Assembly: GCA_900753245.1 (NCBI GenBank)
Contig: CAADYJ010000080.1
Location: 3,228-67,227, forward strand
From: Clostridia bacterium
GTDB taxonomy: Bacteria > Bacillota > Clostridia > TANB77 > CAG-508
Length of the DNA: 64,000 nucleotides
Direction: 5' to 3'
Positions within the stretch are counted from its first letter, which is position 1; every line of letters starts with the position of its first letter. Under the pieces are notes generated by a model that saw nothing but the letters and a program-made list of their open reading frames with translations, made no database searches and was not told the origin of the DNA. Positions 32,877 to 42,900 of the stretch are shown piece after piece. Both the position numbers and the translations under genes were made by a program.

Positions 32877-33500
32877 TTATTCAGTTGGCGGTGTGAGGTA
32901 GCAAGTTAATTTTTCTTTAGTTGCAATATTTCTAAGTGAAAATTCTTGTTCTCCATCCCAGTTAGAATATTCTGGATGGTATTCTACATATTTAGGCCAT
33001 TCTGAAACTTTTGAACCTAATGCAACTTTAAATCCATATCCATCCAAACCTTTGTTAAATAGTATTTTGTCTGCTGATTTTAATTGGTAATGCTGGTTCT
33101 CTTCCATATTAATAATATACTCTTCACTTTCATTATATATTACTATTGCTGGTTTGGCAGATTCTAATTGTCCCATATAATCTTCCATCGATGTAAAATC
33201 TGTGATGTATGTTACTTCACCTGGATCTGCAGAATCTGTTTCTTCTGCTGTTGTTTCTTCCTCTACTGTCTCATCTTCACTTGTTGTTTCCTCTGTTACT
33301 GCTTCATCTTCTTTTGTTTCAGGTTCTGCAGTAGGTTCTTCTTTTACTTCTTCAGTTGCTTCTTCTACTGTTGGCGTTTCGTCTGTAGCAACTTCTGGCT
33401 GTGTTTCTGCTTTTGAATTGCCACACCCAACAAGTAAACAAGCAATTAAGCTTAATGTAACAAGTAACCGCATTGATTTTGTTTTGTAATTCTTTTTCAT
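32877..33500 (-). CDS. lipoprotein with an acidic Thr/Glu-rich linker
   Basis: Lipobox LLVGC after a basic N-terminus. Then ETQPEVATDETPTVEEATEEVKEEPTAEPETKEDEAVTEETTSEDETVEEETTAEE low complexity. Unknown C-terminal domain. Confidence 0.55.
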   Translation of the reverse strand: MKKNYKTKSMRLLVTLSLIACLLVGCGNSKAETQPEVATDETPTVEEATEEVKEEPTAEPETKEDEAVTEETTSEDETVEEETTAEETDSADPGEVTYITDFTSMEDYMGQLESAKPAIVIYNESEEYIINMEENQHYQLKSADKILFNKGLDGYGFKVALGSKVSEWPKYVEYHPEYSNWDGEQEFSLRNIATKEKLTCYLTPPTE

Positions 33501-33637
33501 ACTAATTCCTCCTGTTTTTTACCATATTGTTTTTAGTTTCATGAAAAAATTACAACTATACTTTTTCATAGATAATAGTATATCATTGTTTCCAAATTAT
33601 GTCAATCTTTTTTTTAATATTTTTTGTTTTTATGTCT

Positions 33638-33667
33638 AAAAATGGAGCCTATTTAGACTCCATTTTT
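33638..33667 (-). terminator. Terminator downstream of the B1 adhesin gene
   Basis: AAAAATGGAG-(10 nt)-CTCCATTTTT lies 9 nt past the B1 stop. Confidence 0.45.
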
Positions 33668-33675
33668 AATATTTA

Positions 33676-36600
33676 CTATTTTTTTAGTATTTTTCTTCTA
33701 ATAAATACTATTCCTCCAGCTAATAAACCAATTGCTATAATTGTTGTAATTGTAATTATAATGTATAATCCTGCATTACCAAATGGTGGTAATATTTTTA
33801 CTATTTCTGCTCTGTCTGAATCTATTTCTTGTGGTTCCATTGTTGGATCTTGATTTCCTACTACAGAATATTCGTTTCTTCTTCCTACATTGTTGCTTGT
33901 TTTTACTATTTCTACAATATTCTTGTATGTTAAATCATCTGTTTTGTTCTCTGCAGTTATTAATTGTGTTAATACTAAATTTGTACTTGCACTTGATTTT
34001 TTATTATCATAAAGATCTGGCACTAACTCTGTTTTAGCTATTGTAGCATTTTCTTTGGTTGTAATTATTGTATTATATCGTTCTACTTTTGATTTCAAAT
34101 TCTTATTTACTAAATCTTGAGTTTTATCTTGAGTTATTAACTTATCTTGAGTTATTACTTCCCAATCTGTATTTTCAGCTAAACTACTATCAAATTGTAA
34201 GTTATTTGCTACATAGTCTATTATTTGATTTGCAGTTGTTTTTACTATTGTGTTTTTATCGGCTACTGTTCCTGTGTAATAGAATTGATTATCTTTATAG
34301 TCTACTTCACCAACATTTGTTACTGTTATTTGGTAAGTAATTTGTATTTTTGCGCCATGCATTAATTCTTCATCCATGCTTAATTGAATTAATCCTAATC
34401 TAGAATCTTTTGTATTTTTTGCTCTAATGTTTGCTATACTTCCAAATTTATTTTCATCTAACATATTATTTTTATATCCTGTGTCATATTTTTTGTGATC
34501 TTTCCATAATATATTACTTGCTGTTTGTTTTGCATCAAATAGTGTAGATCCATCTGCTAATGTAAGTTTTACATTTGTTACTTCTTTATTTATTTCAAGT
34601 TGTGCTTTTGGTCTTTCTTCTAATCCTAAATCCACATTTTGAACTTTATATATTGAAGTATCTTGTACTGCATCTTTAGTATCTGTTTGTGTTCTATCAT
34701 ATTCGAATTCTATAACCATCATACCTGTTTCTGCTGTCATTTTAGTATTGTCAATTAAATCTTTTATTAAGTCTTCTCTTGAATTCATTGTATTATAATC
34801 AGCTTTATGAGCTGCTAATACTTCTGCTTTATAGTTTGTAACATTTTTTTCTGAATATTCTATTACTTTGTTTCTACGAGATTCTATATCTTTTGCATCT
34901 GATGCGTTTTGATTTTTGCTTAAAGATATACTATCCGCAGTAGTTATATCATACAAATATCCTTTTTGTTCATTATCGTTAAGTTGTTTCTTTATTGCTG
35001 TTTCATTATTTGTACAATTATCTGTATTATAAGCATGTATTTTTGTTATTATTTCTCCTTTTTGTTCTTGTCCATTTACCCATGTAGAGTTTCTTCTCCA
35101 TTCATATGTTTTGTTTTGAGGTATATCTTTTTGATATGTTGTAGATTTATAGTCTTGTCCATTGTAAGATTTGCTATTTAAGCCTCCTAATTCGCTTGGA
35201 TATACAGTTCTTACTGTATCACCATATATAAATCTTACTACATATTTACCAGGCATAAATGATTTAAATGCATATTTTCCTTTATGTTCATTTCCTAAAT
35301 CTATATTTCCTACAATGTTAGATAAACCTATAATTGGTGTTTCAGATTGTACAGTTCCTGAACCAGTTCCTTTTCCTATTGCATTTGTTCCAAAGTTACC
35401 TATTTGATTTGTTCCAAATTCTCTCCATACAAATTCTTTTCCATCATCTAATAATTCTACTAATTGTACAGTTACACCATCTATTAATGTTTCTGAGTTT
35501 TCTCTTAAACCATTTCCTATTGCTACTTTTTCTCCACTTACTTTTCTTTCATCTTCCCATACAGTTCCAGATATTACTCTATTATGATCATCATTGCGAT
35601 CTATTTTTAATTTAATATTTGGTGCTTTATCTGTATCGTCTTCAAAGTTTTTATAATTAGGTGTTCCATCTTTTGGTACATCTGTTGGATTTAAGTTACC
35701 TGGATTTGAATCTCTATCTACAATACCTGCTGGTTGTCCTGATACATCTCCTTCTACGTTTGGTATTGTTGTTCCTTCTTTATATTTAGTAGTATATCCA
35801 TTTATTTCTGCAATATTTTCTTTACCTACTCCAATTACATTTCCTGTTGCTAAATCTTCATCTAGTATAATCCAATCTTCATTGTTTTCAGTCTTTTTGT
35901 TTACTTCGAATGTTAAGTAAATATATGCTGTTTTTCCTGAAGTTAAATATAAACCTTCTGCTTCACTTCTTACATTATTTCCATTATTATCTATTTCTTG
36001 AGAGTTTTTGCCTAAACCAGTAATATATAAATTTTTATAATGGTTTATATCTGTTCTTGTTCCAGCTTGTTTATATATGCTTGCATTATTACCATTTACT
36101 AAGTATTTTTTATTGCTAACTTGAATATATGAACGTTCTGGTACATAAGTTAAATCTTCATCATAGTAATCTACTATTTCGTCTGCTCTACATAGTATGC
36201 TTTGTGATTGGTTTCTTACTCCTATTTTGTATGTAATATATACTTTTAATTCGTCATCTTTACTCTTTCCAAGTTCATTATAATTTCCGTACATACTTAC
36301 TTTGTATGCATAATCAGATGCATATAATTCTCTAGTATATTCTGTATTGTAATAACGTTTTTCTGAATCTATAAGTCCTATATCAGATAACCTTAAATCA
36401 ATATCCCATACATTTTGTACATTTTCACTTCCACAGTTTGGACATGTATTTACACCATAATCTTCTGAAAAGTTTAATTCATCATTTGTTCCTGTTCTTC
36501 CACAATTATTGCATTTAAATTTATCTAATTTATTGTATGTGTATTCATGTGTTTGACCATTTGTCTCTAGTGTTACTTTATATACATCTTTATTTAAAGC

Positions 36601-39600
36601 TAAATCTGAAGTTCTTCTTAATGTATATCCTTGATTAATGTATAAGTTAGCATCATTTTTGTATAAGTAATGTATTTTTTTTTCTATTACATTACTTCCA
36701 TTTATTTTTAACCCCTTCAATAGATTTAAATTGTATGTTGTCGTTCTCTTCTCTTGTTTATTTTTATCTTCTATTAATTCTTCATCTCCTGTAGCTATAA
36801 TAAAATTTGAATATATTGGATATAAATCGTTCTTACGCACTGTTTTATTGTTTTGTGTTACATCTTTTCCTGTATAAGAATTTAACATACAATCTTTTAC
36901 ATATTGTATCATTTCATTAATTTCAGTAGTATTACTATTTGATTTTTCTTTTATTAAGTTTCCAAATTCATCTATAACAGCTTCTTTTGTTTTTACATAT
37001 TCACCATTTTCGTTAAGAGTATAACCTTGTAATTGTTTTTTAGTAAATGTTTTATTTGTTCTATTGTTTTCTTCTGTTACAGTATAGTTTGCAGGTGATG
37101 AACCTATTGATGCAAATCTTGCATTTATTGCTTTTCTTTCTTCTTGTACATCTGTACCATTAGAATTTATATTCCAGGTTCCTTCTTTATTTTCTTCATA
37201 CTTAACCCATCCGTCGCCTTTATCAGATGGACTTACATATTCTACTGGTTCATAATATTGTGAATTATATGTAAATTCTACAAAATATTGATACATAGAA
37301 TTTATTCCTGTGAATAAATACCTACCATTAGAATCTGTTTTAGTTGGATTTTGTATTTGTTCTTTTTTTCCTTTTTTGTCTGTACCTTCATATGATGTTA
37401 ACTCAGCTTTTATTTTATTTCCATTTTTATCATATCTATATAAAGTTACAATTACGTTTGGCATAGGTTTATCAGTTTGATTATTTATTGCTTTTGATTT
37501 ATCGTATACATTATCATTTTCTGTCATCTTTCCGCCTTTTGTGTCTTCCCAAACTTGTCCGCCAAGTTCCATTGTTAAATCTAAATCATATGGTGTTATA
37601 GTTACTGTATACTTTTTCCATGTTCTTTTTCTACTTGTTAACATTGCTAATTTTTGTGCATTGTATTTTATTTTTGTATCTTCTTCCCAAGTTTGAAATC
37701 TGTATTTATAATAATAATACGTCCTTATTGTTATTTCAGTATCTCCTTCACCATCATTATCAGTATCTACCCATTTTTTATCACATCCACTTTCTGTTCC
37801 AGTATTTTCCCATTTCAATCTTCCTCTTATCTGAAGAATTCTTCCTTTTCCAGTATATGTTGTATATTTAGCTTCTGTAGTTTGTAAATATGCGAAGTTC
37901 ATTTTTACTTCTACTGATGTAGGATAATTAGCTTCTTCCGCATTAAATTTTACCCAAAATTTTTCACCACTTGTTGGATATTCATTTCCATTAAGTGTTA
38001 TAATTTGTATTTTATCTAATCCTAATTTTGTAACATTATTATTTACTGCTGAATTTTTAGTTTCTATCCATATATCTTCTATATATGAAAATTTAAGATT
38101 ATCTGGATACTGTACTGAAAAAGGTCCTGCTATATATGTCTTTTTATCTCTTTCAACTACTATCTTAGAATCCGAACTAAATGGTACTACATGATCTTCA
38201 TAATTTTTTAAATATGTATTGTAATAATCTTGATATTTATCAGCTTCTTCTTTTAAGGATGTTGCATTACTATTACTATCTGAGGTATCGTAAGCATCCC
38301 CTTCATTAAATCCAGGTTTATCCTTCCATAAAGCGTCTTGTATTACTTGTTCATCTGCTATATCACTAAATGTTGATGTATAATTTCCCTTTTTAAATTT
38401 TATTTTATCACTAGTAGGGCTAAATTCTGGTCCTGAACTTAATATATATGCTTCTTTATTATTTTTAGGTGTTGAGCTTCCCGCTTCTGACCATGTAGGT
38501 GTTTCGCAATATACGTTTCCATAATATTCATTCTCTCTAAAATCATCTATAATTGTTGGAGTTGTAAAACTAAATCCTTTATAATATTGAAATAACTGTG
38601 TTGATACATTAGTTGATGCTTTATAATAGTCTCCTCCATCTAATAGCTTTTTCGCTTCAGCTTTTGCTGAGGCTTTTCCTGCATATGTATAATAATTTAT
38701 TATTCTTTCATCTATATTTCCTGTAACATATTGATCAATTCGGTTAATAACTGGTGTAAATCTTATACTTCCATGTTTTTGTTTGCATAATAATAAACTT
38801 AGAGTATCTTTTATTGTTTTATTATTTTCTCCTCCAGATATGCTATAATTATGACTACCATTATTATAAATTGTAGGTAAGAATTCTAATTTATTTGTAT
38901 TAGCATCTGTATGTTTCCAATCATAATGTGCTGTTTTATCCCAAGAACCTGGATTTTTTGTTATTTCTGTTGTGTTAGCTGAAGCATTAAAATGTTTTTT
39001 ATTTATATCTTCTATTTCTTCAAGCGAAGCTCTCACTTTACTTACAAGTACTCTTTTTATTCCTCCACATGTATATTCAGTTACATTTCCTACTTTTACA
39101 GTTGCTGTACATTTATATTCTTTATATGTGCATTTATATGTTCTATCATTTATATCTTCAAATACTGTTACTGTTCCAAGATATTGTAATGGTCCAACAT
39201 GATTATCTGGGTCAAGTCCATAATTATATTTTTTTCCATTATAAGTATATTCTGCATTACTATATATTAAACTTGAATCTTGCACTTCTTTTTGATAATC
39301 TTGCTCATCATTTTTATACGTTTCACAACAAGGATACCATTTATGCCAAATTGCATAATTATTACATGTTGCTTTCTTTTTTCTATGCTCTATAGGCGCT
39401 TCTTCATGTTCATCTGGATTATAAACTAATTCCGTATGACTTGGATGTTTTGAACATTTATATTCTATAGCTGTTATACATGTTGGATCAGGATCGTTGG
39501 CATTGCATTTTTCTAGATAAGGTTTATGATTTTTTGAATTTATTTTTGTATCATAATCTTTTCCACATGATTTACAATGATTTTTTCCTTTAGTAACACA

Positions 39601-39972
39601 ATCCCCTTTAGAAACTGGTGTTTGGTCTCCTACATGATTATTAGGATCTATATCTCCTACATCGTAATCTTTATTACATGATGTACAATGCATTTTTTTC
39701 TTTGATATACAATTAGCTGCTGATTGTGTTTTTTGTGTTCCTGTATGGTTATCTGCATTCTTACTACCTTTTCTATATTCTTGTTTGCACTGTTTACAAT
39801 ACCATACTTCTCTACTTGTACAAGTAGCATCTGCTCTCTTTTCTTGTTTTGTATCGTCATTATGTGTACATTTAGTTGCTCCAATTGATTGAGTAGAATA
39901 TATTACTGTTAAACCTGCAAAAGCTAAGAATAACGCTATTAATATAGTTATTATTTTCATTCGTTTTTCCAC
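33676..39972 (-). CDS. giant secreted cell-surface protein B1 (2098 aa): signal peptide, Cys-rich repeats, Cna-B/SdrD-B-like and DUF11-like domains, C-terminal sorting-signal-like tail (ILPPFGN + TM + RRKILKK). Probable GTG start
   Basis: Cna-B-like units, for example QVWEDTKGGKMTENDNVYD...NVIVTLYRYDKNGNKI...TDSNGRYLFTGI and ISGTVWEDERK...GVTVQLVELLDDGKEF. C-terminal ...IQITYQITVTNVGEVDY.... Paralogous to B2 over the C-terminal ~900 aa. GGAAGGTG RBS lies 7 nt before the GTG, which is 19 nt after the A1 stop. Confidence 0.75.
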   Translation of the reverse strand: MEKRMKIITILIALFLAFAGLTVIYSTQSIGATKCTHNDDTKQEKRADATCTSREVWYCKQCKQEYRKGSKNADNHTGTQKTQSAANCISKKKMHCTSCNKDYDVGDIDPNNHVGDQTPVSKGDCVTKGKNHCKSCGKDYDTKINSKNHKPYLEKCNANDPDPTCITAIEYKCSKHPSHTELVYNPDEHEEAPIEHRKKKATCNNYAIWHKWYPCCETYKNDEQDYQKEVQDSSLIYSNAEYTYNGKKYNYGLDPDNHVGPLQYLGTVTVFEDINDRTYKCTYKEYKCTATVKVGNVTEYTCGGIKRVLVSKVRASLEEIEDINKKHFNASANTTEITKNPGSWDKTAHYDWKHTDANTNKLEFLPTIYNNGSHNYSISGGENNKTIKDTLSLLLCKQKHGSIRFTPVINRIDQYVTGNIDERIINYYTYAGKASAKAEAKKLLDGGDYYKASTNVSTQLFQYYKGFSFTTPTIIDDFRENEYYGNVYCETPTWSEAGSSTPKNNKEAYILSSGPEFSPTSDKIKFKKGNYTSTFSDIADEQVIQDALWKDKPGFNEGDAYDTSDSNSNATSLKEEADKYQDYYNTYLKNYEDHVVPFSSDSKIVVERDKKTYIAGPFSVQYPDNLKFSYIEDIWIETKNSAVNNNVTKLGLDKIQIITLNGNEYPTSGEKFWVKFNAEEANYPTSVEVKMNFAYLQTTEAKYTTYTGKGRILQIRGRLKWENTGTESGCDKKWVDTDNDGEGDTEITIRTYYYYKYRFQTWEEDTKIKYNAQKLAMLTSRKRTWKKYTVTITPYDLDLTMELGGQVWEDTKGGKMTENDNVYDKSKAINNQTDKPMPNVIVTLYRYDKNGNKIKAELTSYEGTDKKGKKEQIQNPTKTDSNGRYLFTGINSMYQYFVEFTYNSQYYEPVEYVSPSDKGDGWVKYEENKEGTWNINSNGTDVQEERKAINARFASIGSSPANYTVTEENNRTNKTFTKKQLQGYTLNENGEYVKTKEAVIDEFGNLIKEKSNSNTTEINEMIQYVKDCMLNSYTGKDVTQNNKTVRKNDLYPIYSNFIIATGDEELIEDKNKQEKRTTTYNLNLLKGLKINGSNVIEKKIHYLYKNDANLYINQGYTLRRTSDLALNKDVYKVTLETNGQTHEYTYNKLDKFKCNNCGRTGTNDELNFSEDYGVNTCPNCGSENVQNVWDIDLRLSDIGLIDSEKRYYNTEYTRELYASDYAYKVSMYGNYNELGKSKDDELKVYITYKIGVRNQSQSILCRADEIVDYYDEDLTYVPERSYIQVSNKKYLVNGNNASIYKQAGTRTDINHYKNLYITGLGKNSQEIDNNGNNVRSEAEGLYLTSGKTAYIYLTFEVNKKTENNEDWIILDEDLATGNVIGVGKENIAEINGYTTKYKEGTTIPNVEGDVSGQPAGIVDRDSNPGNLNPTDVPKDGTPNYKNFEDDTDKAPNIKLKIDRNDDHNRVISGTVWEDERKVSGEKVAIGNGLRENSETLIDGVTVQLVELLDDGKEFVWREFGTNQIGNFGTNAIGKGTGSGTVQSETPIIGLSNIVGNIDLGNEHKGKYAFKSFMPGKYVVRFIYGDTVRTVYPSELGGLNSKSYNGQDYKSTTYQKDIPQNKTYEWRRNSTWVNGQEQKGEIITKIHAYNTDNCTNNETAIKKQLNDNEQKGYLYDITTADSISLSKNQNASDAKDIESRRNKVIEYSEKNVTNYKAEVLAAHKADYNTMNSREDLIKDLIDNTKMTAETGMMVIEFEYDRTQTDTKDAVQDTSIYKVQNVDLGLEERPKAQLEINKEVTNVKLTLADGSTLFDAKQTASNILWKDHKKYDTGYKNNMLDENKFGSIANIRAKNTKDSRLGLIQLSMDEELMHGAKIQITYQITVTNVGEVDYKDNQFYYTGTVADKNTIVKTTANQIIDYVANNLQFDSSLAENTDWEVITQDKLITQDKTQDLVNKNLKSKVERYNTIITTKENATIAKTELVPDLYDNKKSSASTNLVLTQLITAENKTDDLTYKNIVEIVKTSNNVGRRNEYSVVGNQDPTMEPQEIDSDRAEIVKILPPFGNAGLYIIITITTIIAIGLLAGGIVFIRRKILKK

Positions 39973-39990
39973 TTTATTTCACCTTCCTTT

Positions 39991-42900
39991 CTATCCTAAT
40001 ATTTTTCTCTTTATTACATAAGCACTTGCTGTTATAGCACTTATTATTCCTAAACTTAATACTATAAATAATATTGTCTCACCAGTTTTTACTGTTAAAA
40101 GTACATCTGCTGAAGACATATCATCTTCTCCAGATACTTTATTTGCTGGTGTTGAGTCTACATCTTGTAAGCCTAAGTCATTATATGCTTCTTGTATTTC
40201 TGCTGTATTATTAATTAACCCTACATTTTCTTGTGTTAGCTTTTTAGTTAATAATAATGTTATTTCTTTTGTTTCTCCTGGATTAATTAAAGTATTTGCT
40301 AAACTTGAACTATAAATTGCTCCATTTTCTCCTTGATACCAATCTTTATTTAGTTCTGAATTGAATTTTAGTTCTGCTGGAATGTAGTCTGCTATTTTTT
40401 TAGCATATCCAGATACAGCACCTTCGTTAGTTACTTTAATTTTATATTCTATTACAATTGTTGTAGAATTAATTTGTTTTCCTACTAAATCACGTTTTGC
40501 AAGTTTTGTATCTTTATAATCATATGTTTTTGTTCCTGTAGAATCTTGAACTGTTATTTTTGATACTGCTTTGTCTAGTTTTAAGTCAAATTTAGGATTT
40601 ACTACTAACCCTAAGTCTATATTATAGATATTTGAATTTGTTACTTCTATTTCTTCTGTTATTGCTGCTGTTCTTTTTTCTTCTCCTAATATTATTTGTG
40701 TATCTATAGCATCTGAATTTAATGTTGAATCTACTCCTTGCTTTCTATAAGTAGTGCTACTGTAATTTGCTGTATCGTATAAGAATATTACTGTATATTT
40801 TCCTTTTGGTACTTCTGTAAATGTGTATTTTCCATCTTCTGATGTTGAAATTTTTTCTTTTTCTAAGTTTCCTGTTACATTGTTTAATAACATAACTTCA
40901 ACATTTTGCATTTTCTTTTCTTGTTCATCTTTTTGTCCATCTTTATTTTCATCTAGCCATACTTGTCCACTTATTCTTTTGTTTTCTGACACATTAGGAT
41001 TATCATTGTCTGTAATTTCTGTAGCCTTTAAAGTATGTGAAATAGAATTTATTTCTATTTCTTTTTTATCTATTGTTGCTGTTATTTTATTTGTTATTTT
41101 TGTATCTTCTTCAACATACCCTACTCTAGCATATATCTTTATTTCTTGCTTTTCACCATCCTTTAATGCTAATATAATTTTTAGTTCATTGTCTTCTGTT
41201 AAAACTATTCCTTTTATTTCTTCTTCTTTTAAATCTTTCATTATTGTAGCTTTTTCAAATACTAATTCTTTTGGAAATTTATCTATAAGTTTTATTCCCT
41301 TACTTTCTCCTGTTTTACTTCCTTTAGATTCTATTATAATTTTATATTCAAATTCTTCTGTTCCACTTATATTTTCTCCTTCTGGTATAGTACAAGATTG
41401 AGTTATACTTAAAGAATTTTTTATAATTGTTATTACTTTTTCGTCTGTATTTTCTTTTTCTACATTATCTGCATATACAGTAGTTTTTATTTTTAAATCT
41501 TTAGAATATACTTCTTCTTTTGTTTCTTTTACTTTTAAATTTATTTTTAAAGTTTGAGAGTCTTGAATTTTTAGTTCTAATCCTGTAATTTTCAAAATTT
41601 CTGTTTTTTCATCATATGTTATTTTCGATTTATCTATTTCTTGTTTTCCATATGTTGCTTTTATAAATTCTAATTCTGTAGGTATATTAATTTCTATTAT
41701 AGTATTTTTAGTTTCATAATATCCATATATGTTTAACTCATAATTAACATTCGTTCCTTCTTCTACATTTTTTATATTGTTTTCTTCATTATCTACTGAT
41801 ATTTCTTGTTCTAAAGAAAAAACCTTATTTCTTACATAGTTAGTTATTTTATCTGTTTCTATTTTGGCTTCTAATCCTTCATATTCTATTGTAGCTTGTG
41901 TCGAGATCTCTTCTTTTTCATTAATATCTCCATCTATTCTTTCTATATAAAATTTAAATATTTTTTCTATTGTTTCTCCTTGTTTTAATGTTGATATTGT
42001 ACATATTCCATCTTTAATATTTTCATCATCTCCTGAATATATTGCATTTTCAGGAGTTGGAACTGTTATTTTTAAATTATTAGCTGCTAAATCTCCAGAG
42101 TTTGTTACTTTAACTGTATATTCAATTTCATCGTCTGATAATATTGTTGCTCCATTTTCTACATTTGCACTTATACTTGCTTCTATTTTTGGTCCTTGTC
42201 CTGTTGTTGCACCAACTTTTGCTGTTTCTTGTCTATCTTCTACTGTTCCTTCTTCTAAATTATTTGAATAATATACTGCATATGTTTCAAATGAAGATTG
42301 GTTATGTTCTAGTCCTTCTTCTACATTTGCATTATAATTAAATGTTATTGCCTCTCCTGTTGGCATAACATAATCGTTTGTTACTATTAAATAAGATTTA
42401 ACTTTACTTAAATCTGTTGGTTCTGCTACCCATCCATTTGATTGTACATTTAAGTCTTTTGTTGCTTCTCCATTTTCTGAGTAATAAACTTGTACTTTAT
42501 TTGAATCTATTCCTTCTACACTTATTCCTGTTGTTAAGTCTAAATCCATTGTTGAGTTTAAATCTTTGTTGCTTAATATTTCTTTGTTTCCTGCAAATGG
42601 TGTTCTTCCTAAGATTGAAACATTTTCTATATCGTTTTTATAGTTATTCATTACACTCATTTTAAATGTTGCTTCTTTTTGGCTTGATAGTATTGGTAAT
42701 TCTGCAACTTTTTCTTCACCTGTAATTGATGTTAATTCTTCTGCTCCATCTTTATAGTTACTAATTCCATTCATTGTAACTATTCCAACTGGTGCTGAAA
42801 AACTTATTTTATTTGTTACTTCATTTATTTCTGAGTTTTCATCATTTTCGTTTGTTACTACCATTGATATTTCTGAATCTATATTTGGTGTTAGTTTGTT

